64,000 bases of DNA. Origin: an uncultured Acidobacteriota bacterium. GTDB lineage: Bacteria; Acidobacteriota; Thermoanaerobaculia; Thermoanaerobaculales; Sulfomarinibacteraceae. Made by a program: the position numbers and the translations under genes. Under the pieces are notes generated by a model. It was not told the DNA's origin, searched no databases, and was given only the letters and a program-made list of their open reading frames with translations. The stretch lies in contig CAVQJV010000050.1 in the NCBI GenBank assembly GCA_963712805.1, forward strand, positions 15,536-79,535. The letters run 5' to 3'. The first letter of the stretch is position 1, and the number at the start of each line of letters is the position of its first letter. Positions 1 through 9,835 of the stretch are shown one piece after another.

Positions 1-55
1 TCATCGCCTCGACGGTTGTTGTCGTTGTCAATTTCGCGCTCTACAGGGGGAGATC

Positions 56-2536
56 ATGAAGAGGTTTTCAATAACCGGTCGGAGATGGTTCGGCTTTCGC
101 ACACAGGTCGGCGCAGTCTTCGTCGGGGCGCTCGTGGCGATCTTCGGCGGCTGTTCCGAGCGTTCGGCAACGCCGCCGGCGATCTCGTTGGTCGAGAATT
201 TCGGGACCGCTGAGGTGTCCGACTCGCCGAGCATCCAGCTCGAATTTCCGCGCCTCGAGTGGCGCTTTGACGGCGTCTCACCGATCAAGCCCTCGGACGA
301 CGAGACGGACGCGACCGTGGGCTGGACGGCCTTCAACGACATCGACGGACTCGGGGTGCGCGGCGGTCAGCTGCAAGGACACGCCGGCGCGATGCCGATC
401 CTGACGGTGGCGGTCCCCGAGAAAGCGTTCCCCAAAGACCGATTGTGGGCCATCGAGCTCAAGCTCCGGATCTCGTCCGGTTCGAAGCTCGGAATCGATA
501 CCTTTCGCGACGAGAAAATCGACAGGGAAGAGTTTCTCCGCGAGCTCGCGAATGTCGATCAGTCCGAGTACATGATCGACCTCCGACCGGGTGAGGACCT
601 GGCGACCTACACCCTGACCGAGGCCCAGGCCACCTACTCGAGGATGGGCGCCATCGGCGGTGTCAGGCACATCGCGCTTCGCTTTCTCGATGCCGACGGC
701 GCCGACTTCGCCCTCGAGTCGTTCCGTGTCATCCCGCGCACCGAGCACCTCGCCGCCGTGCCCGCCGGTGTCGGCTGGCAGGGGCTCGCCGGCATCTTCC
801 GCGAGACCCTCGTCGCCCGCGCTCCGGAACGCCTGACCTGGCAGCAGGATCTCGGCGAGCGGCCGTGGCTCGATCTCGCCGTCGGTACCCCTGACAACCA
901 CCCCGTCGTCTTCACCGTCGAGGCCTCGAGCCCGGGTCTCGAGCCCGTCGTCCGGGAGCGCACCGTCACCGCCGGCGATCGCTGGGAGCCCTTCACCGTC
1001 GATCTCGAGGAGTTCGCCGGCCGCATGACCACGATCAGCCTGTCGCTCGACTCCGACGAGGACGGGCACATTGGTTTTTGGGGCGCGCCCGCCGTCCGCC
1101 ACCGCGGCGCCCGTCCTTCGGTGGTCGAACCGACCGCCGCCCGCGCCGCCCTCGGCCCCATTGACGCCCCCCGCGGCGTGATCCTGATCGTCGCCGACAC
1201 CTTGCGCCGCGATCACCTCGACGCCTGGGGCTACGAACGAGAGACGGCCCCCACCATTGCAGCACTTGCGGCCGAGGGAACCCGCTTTGCCGACAACATT
1301 TCGCAGGGTTCGTGGACCAAGGTCGCGGTACCGTCGCTGCTGACCTCGCTCTATGCCACGACGCACGGGATCTTCGACATCCCGCATACGGTTCCGGCCG
1401 GCGTCACGACCCTGACCGAGGTCTTTCGCGCCAACGGATACGCCACCTTCCACACCTCGTCGGTGATGTTCTCCGGCAAGAACAGCAATCTCCACCAGGG
1501 TGTCGAGGTCCTCCACGAACGCGAGTCCATCGACGATCTCGGCGAGTACCGGTCAAAAACCTCGCGCACCTTTGTCGACCGGTTGCTGCCGTGGCTCGAC
1601 GACCACGCCGAACAGCCCTTCTTCGTCTTCCTCCACGTCTTCGACCCGCACAGCCCGTTCCGTCCCATGCACCCGCATGATGTGCGATGGCTCGACGGCG
1701 ACGCGGTGGCCCGGCACGAGGGCGATCTCGAGAAGGTGGACGAGGTGGTCGAGATCTTCCACCACCTGCCGAGCGCCGCGCAATTGGCCGAAGCCGAGGT
1801 CGATGCCGACGCCTTCCTGAAGGCCGAGAAGGCGTGGTACGACGGTTCCATCCGGGCCATGGACTACGAGATCGCGCGGCTGCTCGAACGCCTCGAGGAG
1901 CTCGGGCTCCGCGACGACACTCTGATCGCCTTCGCCGCCGATCACGGCGAGGAGTTCCTCGAGCACGGCAACCACTGGCACGGCCACTCGGCCTACGGCG
2001 AGCTCGTCAACGTGCCGATGTTCGTGACCTGGCCGGGCGTGGTGCCGGCCGGTGTGGTCGACCGAACGACTCAGTCCATCGACCTCATGCCGACCCTGCT
2101 CGATCTGGCCCGGCTGCCGGTGCCGCCTGAAGCGCAGGGCGAGAGTCTGCTGCCGTTGCTGGCGGCGACGGGAGATCCCGCGGCGATGGGGTGGAAGAAC
2201 CGGCGCGCCGTCTTCACCGAGCGGAAGAACCCGCCCGGCGAGGAGACCGAAGGCACGGCGGACTCGTTCGTCGCGGTTGCCGACGGTTGGAAGCTCATCT
2301 GGAACGTCGTCGTCCGCGACGATCGACCCGAGTTCGAGCTCTTCGACCACGGCAACGACCCGCTCGATCTGGTCAACCTCGCCGACGACCACCACGAGGT
2401 CGTGGCGGATCTTCGGGGCGAGATCGAGCGCTGGCGGGCCATGGCCGAGGCCGCCAAGGTGACGACCGACGGCGACGGCGGCGACGTCAGCCCCGAGGAG
2501 CTCGAGCAGCTCCGCGCCTTGGGGTACGCGAACTGA
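56..2536 (+). CDS. Lipoprotein/secreted protein: ~380-aa N-terminal domain of unknown function fused to an alkaline-phosphatase-superfamily sulfatase-like domain
   Basis: Intact 826-aa ORF. N-terminus (...VAIFGGCSE) looks like a lipoprotein signal. The C-terminal half has sulfatase-family blocks (IVADTLRRDHLDAWGY, FFVFLHVFDPHSPF, AADHGEEFLEHGNHWHGH). The position of the C/S-x-P-x-R formylglycine motif reads T-K-V-A-V-P-S-LLTS. Confidence 0.8.
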   Translation: MKRFSITGRRWFGFRTQVGAVFVGALVAIFGGCSERSATPPAISLVENFGTAEVSDSPSIQLEFPRLEWRFDGVSPIKPSDDETDATVGWTAFNDIDGLGVRGGQLQGHAGAMPILTVAVPEKAFPKDRLWAIELKLRISSGSKLGIDTFRDEKIDREEFLRELANVDQSEYMIDLRPGEDLATYTLTEAQATYSRMGAIGGVRHIALRFLDADGADFALESFRVIPRTEHLAAVPAGVGWQGLAGIFRETLVARAPERLTWQQDLGERPWLDLAVGTPDNHPVVFTVEASSPGLEPVVRERTVTAGDRWEPFTVDLEEFAGRMTTISLSLDSDEDGHIGFWGAPAVRHRGARPSVVEPTAARAALGPIDAPRGVILIVADTLRRDHLDAWGYERETAPTIAALAAEGTRFADNISQGSWTKVAVPSLLTSLYATTHGIFDIPHTVPAGVTTLTEVFRANGYATFHTSSVMFSGKNSNLHQGVEVLHERESIDDLGEYRSKTSRTFVDRLLPWLDDHAEQPFFVFLHVFDPHSPFRPMHPHDVRWLDGDAVARHEGDLEKVDEVVEIFHHLPSAAQLAEAEVDADAFLKAEKAWYDGSIRAMDYEIARLLERLEELGLRDDTLIAFAADHGEEFLEHGNHWHGHSAYGELVNVPMFVTWPGVVPAGVVDRTTQSIDLMPTLLDLARLPVPPEAQGESLLPLLAATGDPAAMGWKNRRAVFTERKNPPGEETEGTADSFVAVADGWKLIWNVVVRDDRPEFELFDHGNDPLDLVNLADDHHEVVADLRGEIERWRAMAEAAKVTTDGDGGDVSPEELEQLRALGYAN

Positions 2537-2572
2537 GATTTCGGGCGTCGAGGCTGCTATCCTGGAACCACG

Positions 2573-3172
2573 ATGGGGCTGATTAAGCAGTTGCGGACGT
2601 GGTTTCGGGTCCCGGTGCCGTTTCGGGAAGAGGACTATGCGCTTCAGGAGAGGTACGCGGAAGACTACCGTTTGATCGCCGCGTGCCTGGTGGACGAGCT
2701 CGACTTCGACTCGGTCATCGATCTCGGTTGTGCCAACGGTCTCCTGCTGCTGCCGTTCCACCGGGCCGGGAAAGAGGTCCGCGGAATCGAGCTCTCGGCC
2801 AACGTCATGTCGTACCTCCCGTTGGAACTCCGGAAGACGGTTGCCATCGGCGATTTTTCGGAAATGGGTGGTCGGGCGGATCTGGTGTGCTGCGTGGAGA
2901 TGGCCGAACATCTGCGGCCGGGTCGCAGCGAGGAGCTCGTCGACAAGCTGACCACGCTCGCACGAAAGTGGATCTACTTTTCAGCGGCGCCTCCCGGCCA
3001 GGGTGGACGGGGTCACATCAACTGCCGACCGATGACCGACTGGATTTCCTGGTTTGAGGACCGGGGCTGGCGACTCGACGAGGGGAAGACGGCCGTACTC
3101 GCCGCGACGACCGGGACGCTGAAGAAGGCGCTGTGGTTGCACGGCAACAGCGTGATTCTCCGGAAATCCTGA
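2573..3172 (+). CDS. Class I SAM-dependent methyltransferase
   Basis: Intact 199-aa ORF with SAM-binding motif I (VIDLGCANGLLL) and a downstream acidic loop. It lies 36 nt after the upstream stop. Confidence 0.75.
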   Translation: MGLIKQLRTWFRVPVPFREEDYALQERYAEDYRLIAACLVDELDFDSVIDLGCANGLLLLPFHRAGKEVRGIELSANVMSYLPLELRKTVAIGDFSEMGGRADLVCCVEMAEHLRPGRSEELVDKLTTLARKWIYFSAAPPGQGGRGHINCRPMTDWISWFEDRGWRLDEGKTAVLAATTGTLKKALWLHGNSVILRKS

Positions 3173-3211
3173 CCGGCTCTCGAACCTCGAAAGGACGCGC
3201 TATCAGGGGAT

Positions 3212-4219
3212 CTACTTCACCCGTGAATGCTGGTAGATGATCTTTCCGTTCTTGTCCACGAAGGTGATGACGAGCTCCTCCTCCTTCACGGTACAGAGCG
3301 TGAAGCCGGGATCCGGGTTGGCGAAGAGCGCACCCTCGAACGGAACGACGACCCGGCTTTGTGAAGCCGAGCTGTTGACGAAGTAATCCACGCCCGACTT
3401 CGGCACCCGGATGTGCTGGAAGTTGTGGATGTGTCCGCTCACCATGATGTCGACACCGTGCTTGTCGAGCAGCGGCTGGAGCCGCTCCTGGAGGTCGGTC
3501 CGCTCGCTCTCGGCCTTCGTGGTCCCAGCGTAGACGGGGTGGTGGCCCATGACGACCTTCCACTTCGCTTCGGAAGCGCCGAGGGTGGCGTCGATCCAGG
3601 CCAGTTGCCGATCCATATCCTGCTGGCCCGCATCTGGATGTTGCACGGGATTGTCGCGGTATTTGTCGATCAACGGCGGGGTGTCGATGAAGAGCAGCAG
3701 CACATCCACGCCTTCCGACACCGACACCGTCATGGCGTAGTAGCGGTCGGGCATCTCCCAGCGGCGGCTGACAGCGGAGTAGTCGAGCACGGCCTGGGAT
3801 GTGCCCTCGTACTCGTGGTTACCCAAGACCGGATGCCAACTGATCATGAGCTCTGGGTGCTTGTAGACCCACTCGAAGTTGGTCAGCCACAGAGGGTCCT
3901 GAACCGAGCGCACACCCTGAAAATGGTGGGTGTCGCCGACGAGGGCTATAAACTCCGGGTCAGCGAGTCCGGCGACCTCTCCCATCATCTCGGCGACCGG
4001 CTTCTGGTCGTAGTATCCGTTCCGGCCGAGGTCGGAGGCAATGAGAAAAGTGAAGTGGCCGTCGAGCTCGGCCAGTGCTTGCGCGTCATCAGGTACAAGA
4101 GCCCGCGCGTCCTCGGGCACAACAGTGTCGCGCCGGTCGTCCAGGACTGTGTACAGACCAAGCGCGATCGCGACCATCAAAACGCTGAGAACGAGGGATC
4201 GCGTGACCACTGATTTCAT
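3212..4219 (-). CDS. Secreted metallophosphoesterase (purple/tartrate-resistant acid phosphatase-like)
   Basis: ORF 3212..4306. Start placed at MKSVVTRSLVLSVLMVAIALG (signal/TM), preceded by GGAG. Calcineurin-like motifs GDTHHF, GNHEY, GHHP and GHIHNF are present. Confidence 0.8.
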   Translation of the reverse strand: MKSVVTRSLVLSVLMVAIALGLYTVLDDRRDTVVPEDARALVPDDAQALAELDGHFTFLIASDLGRNGYYDQKPVAEMMGEVAGLADPEFIALVGDTHHFQGVRSVQDPLWLTNFEWVYKHPELMISWHPVLGNHEYEGTSQAVLDYSAVSRRWEMPDRYYAMTVSVSEGVDVLLLFIDTPPLIDKYRDNPVQHPDAGQQDMDRQLAWIDATLGASEAKWKVVMGHHPVYAGTTKAESERTDLQERLQPLLDKHGVDIMVSGHIHNFQHIRVPKSGVDYFVNSSASQSRVVVPFEGALFANPDPGFTLCTVKEEELVITFVDKNGKIIYQHSRVK

Positions 4220-4492
4220 CGGATCTCCTTCGAGGGAACATGATAGGAGATTCCCGCCGGAATCGCGCCCCAAGGAGTTGAAATCGCTGACCTCACCCGT
4301 CACCATCAGGCCGGTGAGGCAACGGCCCTACAAGAGGGTCAGCCCTTTGTAGTGCTGACGTCTCGCCGGCACCGAGGCCGCGAACCATCGAGAGGCGGAG
4401 GTTTTTGCCGGAGGCTCATGATGATGCCGCGGGCGGCCTACGGTCGGGTACACTTGTCGGGCGCGGCCGACGCCGAACACGGATTTTATGAG

Positions 4493-5665
4493 ATGACTCA
4501 CAACACCGACGACGCTCCCCGGACCGACCCTTCGAGGCTCGACCTCGACGAGACCGAGAACGGCCGGCAGGTCCCGCCTGCGGCCCCTCGTGGCGGCGCA
4601 CCCGATCTCGCGGAGTTGCTGCGCACGGGTGAGAAATGGGGCTGGGTCGACGACGACGGCGGCATCCACGTCCGCGCCGGCCAATTCAACGAAGACCGTG
4701 TGGTCGCGAGGGTCCCGCCGTCCAAACGCGCCGAGACCATCGCCAACCTGCTGCTCCGTTTCCAGGAGGTCGAAGACCGCTACGCGGCGCTGCGCAGGGA
4801 TCTCCGCCGGTCGAAGAACCCGGCCCGCGACCTCAAGACAATGCAGTCCTTTGTCCACTGGGTCGAGGGCGCCGAGGCGATCGGCGACTACGACAGCCTG
4901 CTCGGCCGGGCGCACGCCGAGATCGCCCGGATCGAGGGCCGGCTCGCCGAGGGCCAGACCGACAAGCTCGGGCTGGTCGAACGGGCCGAGGTGCTCGCCG
5001 AGTCGAACAAGTGGCGGCACGCCGGCGAGGCCATGGACGAACTCATGGAGGAGTGGAAGCGAGCCGGCACGGCCGGGCGCGAGCAGGATGAGGCGCTGTG
5101 GCATCGCTTCAGCGAGGCGAGGCGGACCTTCTTCAACCGTCGCAACGCACACTACGCCGAGCTCAAGCAGAGCCGCGCCGAGGCCCGCGAGGCCAAAGAG
5201 GCATTGATCGTACGAGCCGGAGAGCTGGCGCCCTCGACCGACTTCGACGACACCTTCGCAGCAATGCAGGATCTGCTCGAGGAGTGGAAGCGGGCGGGTT
5301 CAGCGGGCCGCGACATCGACGACCAGCTCTGGGAGCGCTTCTACGCGGTGCGCGACCCGTTCTTCGAGCGGCGCAAGGCGCACCTCGCCGAGCTGCGCCG
5401 GGGACAGAATGTGGATGCTCGGGGCGGTCGCGGCGGTGGCAGCCAAAAGGGGCGTCCGGGCGGCCGCGAACGCGGCGGCCCGAGACGGGGCGGCGACCGC
5501 GGGCCGGGAGGACCGCCCCAGGGTCGCCCGCGTGGTGCCAATCCGGGCGTACTCCGCTCATCGCTCGCCGACCTCGTGGGCCCGCTCCGGGACCTCTTCC
5601 CGGCGGATCACGACAACGAGAAACCCCGGGGCGGCAAGACCGGGAAGAAGGATGAGGACGCTTAG
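4493..5665 (+). CDS. DUF349 repeat protein with Gly/Arg/Pro-rich C-terminal tail
   Basis: ORF 4352..5665. The 5' part is Arg-rich, so the start is placed at MTHNTDD (uncertain). The DUF349-type signature recurs (EEWKRAG..D..LW.RF...R..FF.RR.AH.AEL). Confidence 0.7.
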   Translation: MTHNTDDAPRTDPSRLDLDETENGRQVPPAAPRGGAPDLAELLRTGEKWGWVDDDGGIHVRAGQFNEDRVVARVPPSKRAETIANLLLRFQEVEDRYAALRRDLRRSKNPARDLKTMQSFVHWVEGAEAIGDYDSLLGRAHAEIARIEGRLAEGQTDKLGLVERAEVLAESNKWRHAGEAMDELMEEWKRAGTAGREQDEALWHRFSEARRTFFNRRNAHYAELKQSRAEAREAKEALIVRAGELAPSTDFDDTFAAMQDLLEEWKRAGSAGRDIDDQLWERFYAVRDPFFERRKAHLAELRRGQNVDARGGRGGGSQKGRPGGRERGGPRRGGDRGPGGPPQGRPRGANPGVLRSSLADLVGPLRDLFPADHDNEKPRGGKTGKKDEDA

Positions 5666-5803
5666 AAGAGTGAGAAGGTCAGCGCTCCCTCCGGTCGCTT
5701 TCAGCGCTCGCTTCGCTCGCTAGTTAGACGTGAGACGTAAGACGCCTGAGATGGAGCTCCTTACGTCTCACGTCTAACTCCTCACGTCTCACTCCTTTCC
5801 CTC
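5666..5803. repeat. Mosaic palindromic intergenic element at a convergent junction (possible bidirectional terminator)
   Basis: Perfect 20-bp inverted repeat 5722-5741 / 5760-5779 (AGTTAGACGTGAGACGTAAG ... CTTACGTCTCACGTCTAACT), built of GACGTRA words. Modules 5678-5698 and 5707-5726 recur inverted at 27217-27237 and 27241-27260. Confidence 0.8.
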
Positions 5804-6781
5804 TCACCCCATCGTCAACGCCATGAGCGCCTTCTGGACGTGGAGCCGGTTTTCGGCCTCGTCGTAGACGACGGACTGCGGGCCGTCGATGACCTCGTTG
5901 GTGACCTCGCGGCCGCGGTCGGCGGGCAGCGGGTGCATGTAGATGAGGTGATCCTTGCCGAGAGCCATGTGCTCTTTTCCGCAACGCCACGTCGGGTATT
6001 TTTCGATGAGCGCGAGGCCCTTCGCGTGGTCAGTTGTGTGCATGAGCGGGCCCCACGACTTGGGAACCACCACATCGGCGTCTTCGAAGGCATCCTCGAA
6101 ACGATTGCTGATCTCGAATTTAACACCGGCCTCGGCGGCGTTCTTCGCCGCCTGTTCCTCGATCTCGGGCATGAGCCGGAACTCAGGGGGTACCGCGAGG
6201 GTCACATCGAGGCCGAAGCGCGGCATCATGAGGATGAGGCTCTGGGGCACCGAAAGCGGTCTGACGTAGTTGGGGGCAGACGTCCAGGCGACGCCGATCT
6301 TGAGGCCCCGGGTCTCGCCGAACTTCTCGCGGATGGTGAGATAGTCGGCGAGGATCTGACATGGGTGGTAGACGTCGTCCTGCATGGAGAGCACGGGGAT
6401 CGAGGCTTCACGGGCGACCTCGTTGAGGTAGTCGTTGCCTTCGCGGAAGGCGCAGTGGCGGATGGCGATGCCGTCGCCGTAGCGCGACAGAACGTTGGCG
6501 GTGTCGCGGGCGTTCTCGCCGTGCGAGATCTGCATCTTGTCGGGCGAGAGGAAGATCCCGTGGCCGCCGAGCTGGGTCATCCCGGTCTCGAAGGAGTTCC
6601 GGGTCCGCGTCGAGGCGTCGAAGAAGATCATGTACAGGGTCTTCGCCGCCAGCAGCGGGGTCGGTTTGCCCTCTTTCTTCGCCTGCTTGAGTTCCGCGGC
6701 CAAAGTGAAGATCTGCTCCAGTTCCTCGACGGTCCAGTCCTGGGTGGTGATGAAGTCTTTGCCTTTTAAGGATGAAGTCAT
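5804..6781 (-). CDS. ygeW: Knotted carbamoyltransferase, YgeW-like
   Basis: Intact 325-aa ORF with STRTR and HPCQ motifs, and HPLP in place of HCLP. Blocks QISHGENARDTANVLS, WTSAPNYVRPLSVPQSLILMMPRFGLDVTLA and DADVVVPKSWGP match E. coli YgeW as I recall it. GAGGAG RBS upstream. Confidence 0.75.
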   Translation of the reverse strand: MTSSLKGKDFITTQDWTVEELEQIFTLAAELKQAKKEGKPTPLLAAKTLYMIFFDASTRTRNSFETGMTQLGGHGIFLSPDKMQISHGENARDTANVLSRYGDGIAIRHCAFREGNDYLNEVAREASIPVLSMQDDVYHPCQILADYLTIREKFGETRGLKIGVAWTSAPNYVRPLSVPQSLILMMPRFGLDVTLAVPPEFRLMPEIEEQAAKNAAEAGVKFEISNRFEDAFEDADVVVPKSWGPLMHTTDHAKGLALIEKYPTWRCGKEHMALGKDHLIYMHPLPADRGREVTNEVIDGPQSVVYDEAENRLHVQKALMALTMG

Positions 6782-6802
6782 TGAAAAAACTCCTCTGTTG
6801 TA

Positions 6803-6849
6803 TTTTTCTTGGTGTCAGAATCTGCAGCAGATTCTGACACCAAGAAAAA
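6803..6849. promoter_or_regulatory. Perfect 23-bp AT-rich palindrome between ygeY and ygeW (operator or RNA hairpin candidate)
   Basis: TTTTTCTTGGTGTCAGAATCTGC-A-GCAGATTCTGACACCAAGAAAAA. It sits ~20 nt upstream of the ygeW RBS. It is low in GC for this sequence and has no U-tract after the stem on either strand. Confidence 0.6.
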
Positions 6850-6857
6850 TAATGTGT

Positions 6858-8067
6858 TCAGTCTTTGTCGGGCAGAAGCGCCTCTGGGATCAGCGAGTAC
6901 ACGGCGGTGGCTTTGACGAGGTCGTCGATTTTGACGTTCTCTCGGGTGGTGTGGGCGAGCTCCTCGAGACCGGGGGCGAAGCCGACGGTGGGGATGCCGA
7001 GGGTTCCCATGGTGGCGACGCCGTTGGTCGAGAAGTGCCAGCGCGAGATCTTCGGGCGCTCGGGCAGGACCTCGGCGGCGGCCTCGGCGACGCCCTGGAC
7101 GAGCGGGTGGTCCTCGTCGACGACCCAGGTCGGGTAGTACTTGGGCTGCTGCGCCGCGGAGTCCGCGCCAGCTCGTCTCGTCGTAGTCGAGGAGCTCGAC
7201 CTCGGCGTCGCCGAGGTGGGGGAGGCGCGCGGAGCTCGGCGAGGGCGGTCTCCTGGGTCTCGCCGACGGTGAGCCGCCGGTCGATGGTGATCCGCGGCCG
7301 AGTCGGGCACCGCGTTGAGCGACGGGGTGGTGCACTCGATGAAGGAGACGATCACCGAGCCCGTGCCGAGGAACTCGTCGTGGGCGAGCCGGGTGTTGAG
7401 CTCCTCGACGTCGGAGATGATGGGTGCCATCTTGTAGAGCGCGTTGACGCCGTGGGCGGCGTGGGCGCCGTGCGCCGAATCGCCCCTTGGTGGTGATGGT
7501 CGCCTCGAGCCGGCCGCGTTGGCCGCGGTAGACGTTGAGATCGGTGGGCTCACCGAGGACGACATAGTCAGGTCTTATGTTTTCGCGTTCGATGAGGTGG
7601 AGCATGCAGTAGCCGTCGCAGTCCTCCTCCATCACCGACGCGGAAAGGTAGAGGGTCACTGCCTCGGGCCAGCCTCGGTCGGCGAGGATCCGGGCGCCGT
7701 AGGCCATGGCGGCGATCGCCGGCAGTTCGTCGACCGCACCGCGGCCCCAGATCTCGCCGTCCTCGTGCTTGCCTTCGAAGGGGTCGAAGTCCCATGGCGA
7801 GCGGTCGCCGACGCCGACGCAGTCGATGTGGCCGTCCATGAGGATCTTGATCGGTCCGTTGCCGATCCGGGCGACCACCGATCCGAGACCGTCGAAGTAG
7901 GCCTCGTCGAAACCGAGAGACTCGTACTCGGCGAGGACCCGGCGGCAGCGGGCCTCCTCCTGCCCGCTCTCGGCCGGGATGGCGATCATGTCGCGGAGAA
8001 AACGAACGATCTTGTCTTCGTAGCCTCGGGCCGAGGCGAGGGCGACGGCGCCGTGATCGGTGGGCAT
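6858..8067 (-). pseudogene. ygeY: YgeY-family M20 peptidase/hydrolase, reading frame broken about 4 times
   Basis: The N-terminal 195 aa are in frame (VRFLRDMIAIPAESG, MDGHIDCVGVG, MEEDCDGYC, YRGQRGRLE). Conserved peptide then continues in other frames (SAHGAHAAHGVNALYKMAPI, ITIDRRLTVGETQETALAEL, PHLGDAEVELLDYDETSW, KYYPTWVVDEDHP...FSTNGVATMG). Shifts lie near 7476, 7290, 7235 and 7165. Confidence 0.75.
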
Positions 8068-8144
8068 GATTGACCTCCTGGGCCTGCGAACCTGGTTCGC
8101 GGGCCATCGGTACTATAATCTGCCCATCCGGTTCGTGCTCGGAA

Positions 8145-9107
8145 TCAGTCTCGCAGCCGCATGGCGACGAAGCTCAGGTCGTCGTCGAGCCGGTCGAGTT
8201 CGTGGAAATCTGCGATCGCTCGCGTCAGGTTCGAGTAGATCCCGCATGGACTCCCGTCCGACGCGCGATGCTCGCGATGGTGTGGTCGAGCCCGAAGACC
8301 TCACCGTCGTCGTTCGTGGAGCTCGAGGAGCCCATCGGTGCAGATCACCACGGCGTCGCCCGGATCGAGCCGAAACGATGCCGAGGCGGTCTCCATCTCG
8401 GGCAGCAGCGCGATGGGCACCGCCGTCGCCGGATAGCATTCCACGGCGCCCGACGACCGCCGGACCATCACCGGCGGGTGACCGGCCGAGAGGTAGTCCA
8501 CGATGCCGTTTCGACCGATCCTGAGCAGCACTCCGGTGGCATAGATGGCGCCCGGATCCTCCGGGTTTCGCGTGTCGATGAATCTCGATTCGACCTCTTT
8601 CGCCAGGGCGGTCAAGGGCAGGTCGGTATCGGAATCCGCCAGGATGAGCTTGAGGACGACGGCTGCGAAGCCGGCGCGGACGCCGTGACCCGAGACGTCG
8701 AGAACCCACATGGTCAACACGCCGTCGTTGGATCTCCAGCCGAAGAGGTCGCCGGAGAGGTGGCAGTAGGACTCGAGCATGGCCGCGGCTTCGACGGGCG
8801 AGTCCGCCGGCATCTGACGGGGGAGGAGGTTGTACTGCACCAGGTGGCCGAGGTGGAGCGCAGGGTCCATCCCCGGGAAGAGATGGGGACGGTAGAAGAA
8901 GTTCATTGCGCCTTCCGAACTCCGGCGAAGCTCGGCCGCGTCGCCGGGAACGCCGAACTCGACGATCTCGGTCGCCGCGGCTTCGCGGATGATCTCCTCG
9001 AGGTGCGTGCCGAGCGGCCGGTCGCCGAAGGACCGGTCGAGGTTGAAGGTCCTTCCGAGGATCTCGAGGAGGGTGCGGATGGTGGGCTCGGATTCGTCAG
9101 CTCTCAT
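8145..9107 (-). pseudogene. PP2C/SpoIIE-family serine phosphatase, 2 frameshifts near the 3' end
   Basis: DVSGHGVRAGFAAVV, SAGHPPVMV and ICTDGLLEL are in frame. The C-terminus (TNDDGEVFGLDHTIASI, then IYSNLTRAIADFHELDRLDDDLSFVAMRLRD-stop) is recovered in the two other frames. Shifts lie near 8305 and 8230. Confidence 0.7.
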
Positions 9108-9132
9108 CGGTTGGAATGGCCTTTCTCCCCAT

Positions 9133-9540
9133 CTAGAGCACTCGAGTGGACGCCAGATAGGTGATGCCGCTCACCGCCGCACACAGCACTGTCCCCCAGA
9201 CCATGTCGACCACGACCACCTTGAACGGGAAACCGTCGAGGGTCGCGAGGTTGGTGAGATCGTAGGCGGCGTAGGTGACCAGCCCGAGCACCGCGCCGAG
9301 GACGACGGCGTGGCCGAGGCTTTGCCGATCGACGGCGGGCCAGACGGCGAGGACGATGATCCCGACGACGAAGATCGCGTAGAAGACGATGGCCGCCGCC
9401 CAGTTGACATTGGTCCGCATCAGGTGGCCGATCTGAGCCTGGTAGAAGGAGCGGGCGACGACGCCCAACCAGGTGAGGTCGATGATGAGGAAGACCACCA
9501 CGGCGATGGCATAGAGCTTGAGGAAGTTGACAACGTTCAT
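9133..9540 (-). CDS. Small integral membrane protein (DUF2177-like)
   Basis: Intact 135-aa ORF with four hydrophobic segments. The N-terminus MNVVNFLKLYAIAVVVFLIIDLTWLG resembles DUF2177 as I recall it. Confidence 0.55.
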   Translation of the reverse strand: MNVVNFLKLYAIAVVVFLIIDLTWLGVVARSFYQAQIGHLMRTNVNWAAAIVFYAIFVVGIIVLAVWPAVDRQSLGHAVVLGAVLGLVTYAAYDLTNLATLDGFPFKVVVVDMVWGTVLCAAVSGITYLASTRVL

Positions 9541-9835
9541 GGTTGGTTCAACACCTATTCTACTTGGGTCCTTCCAGACGATTCTCCAGATGTTTCCACG
9601 AAGACGGCTTCGCCTCTGCGGTTGCGGTCGCCGACGACCGCGGTGTGGCCTTCTGATGGCGGCTGGGGTGGCTGTGAGTCAGAGCGAGGTCGATACCGGG
9701 AGCGAAAGCACGTCCGGGTGCTGAATACACTCGGCCATGGCAAGTGGGTTTTTAAAACTGCGGGCTGGACCCGGCCGCGGCAACGGGTACTATAGTCCTC
9801 CTCCCCCGTCTTGACGACGGGTGAAAGGACGCCCC

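Noticed and set aside
6803-6849. Intrinsic terminator between ygeY and ygeW
   Set aside because: Neither strand has a U-tract after the GC part of the stem. The A/T runs are part of the stem itself. Reclassified as an operator or RNA-hairpin candidate.
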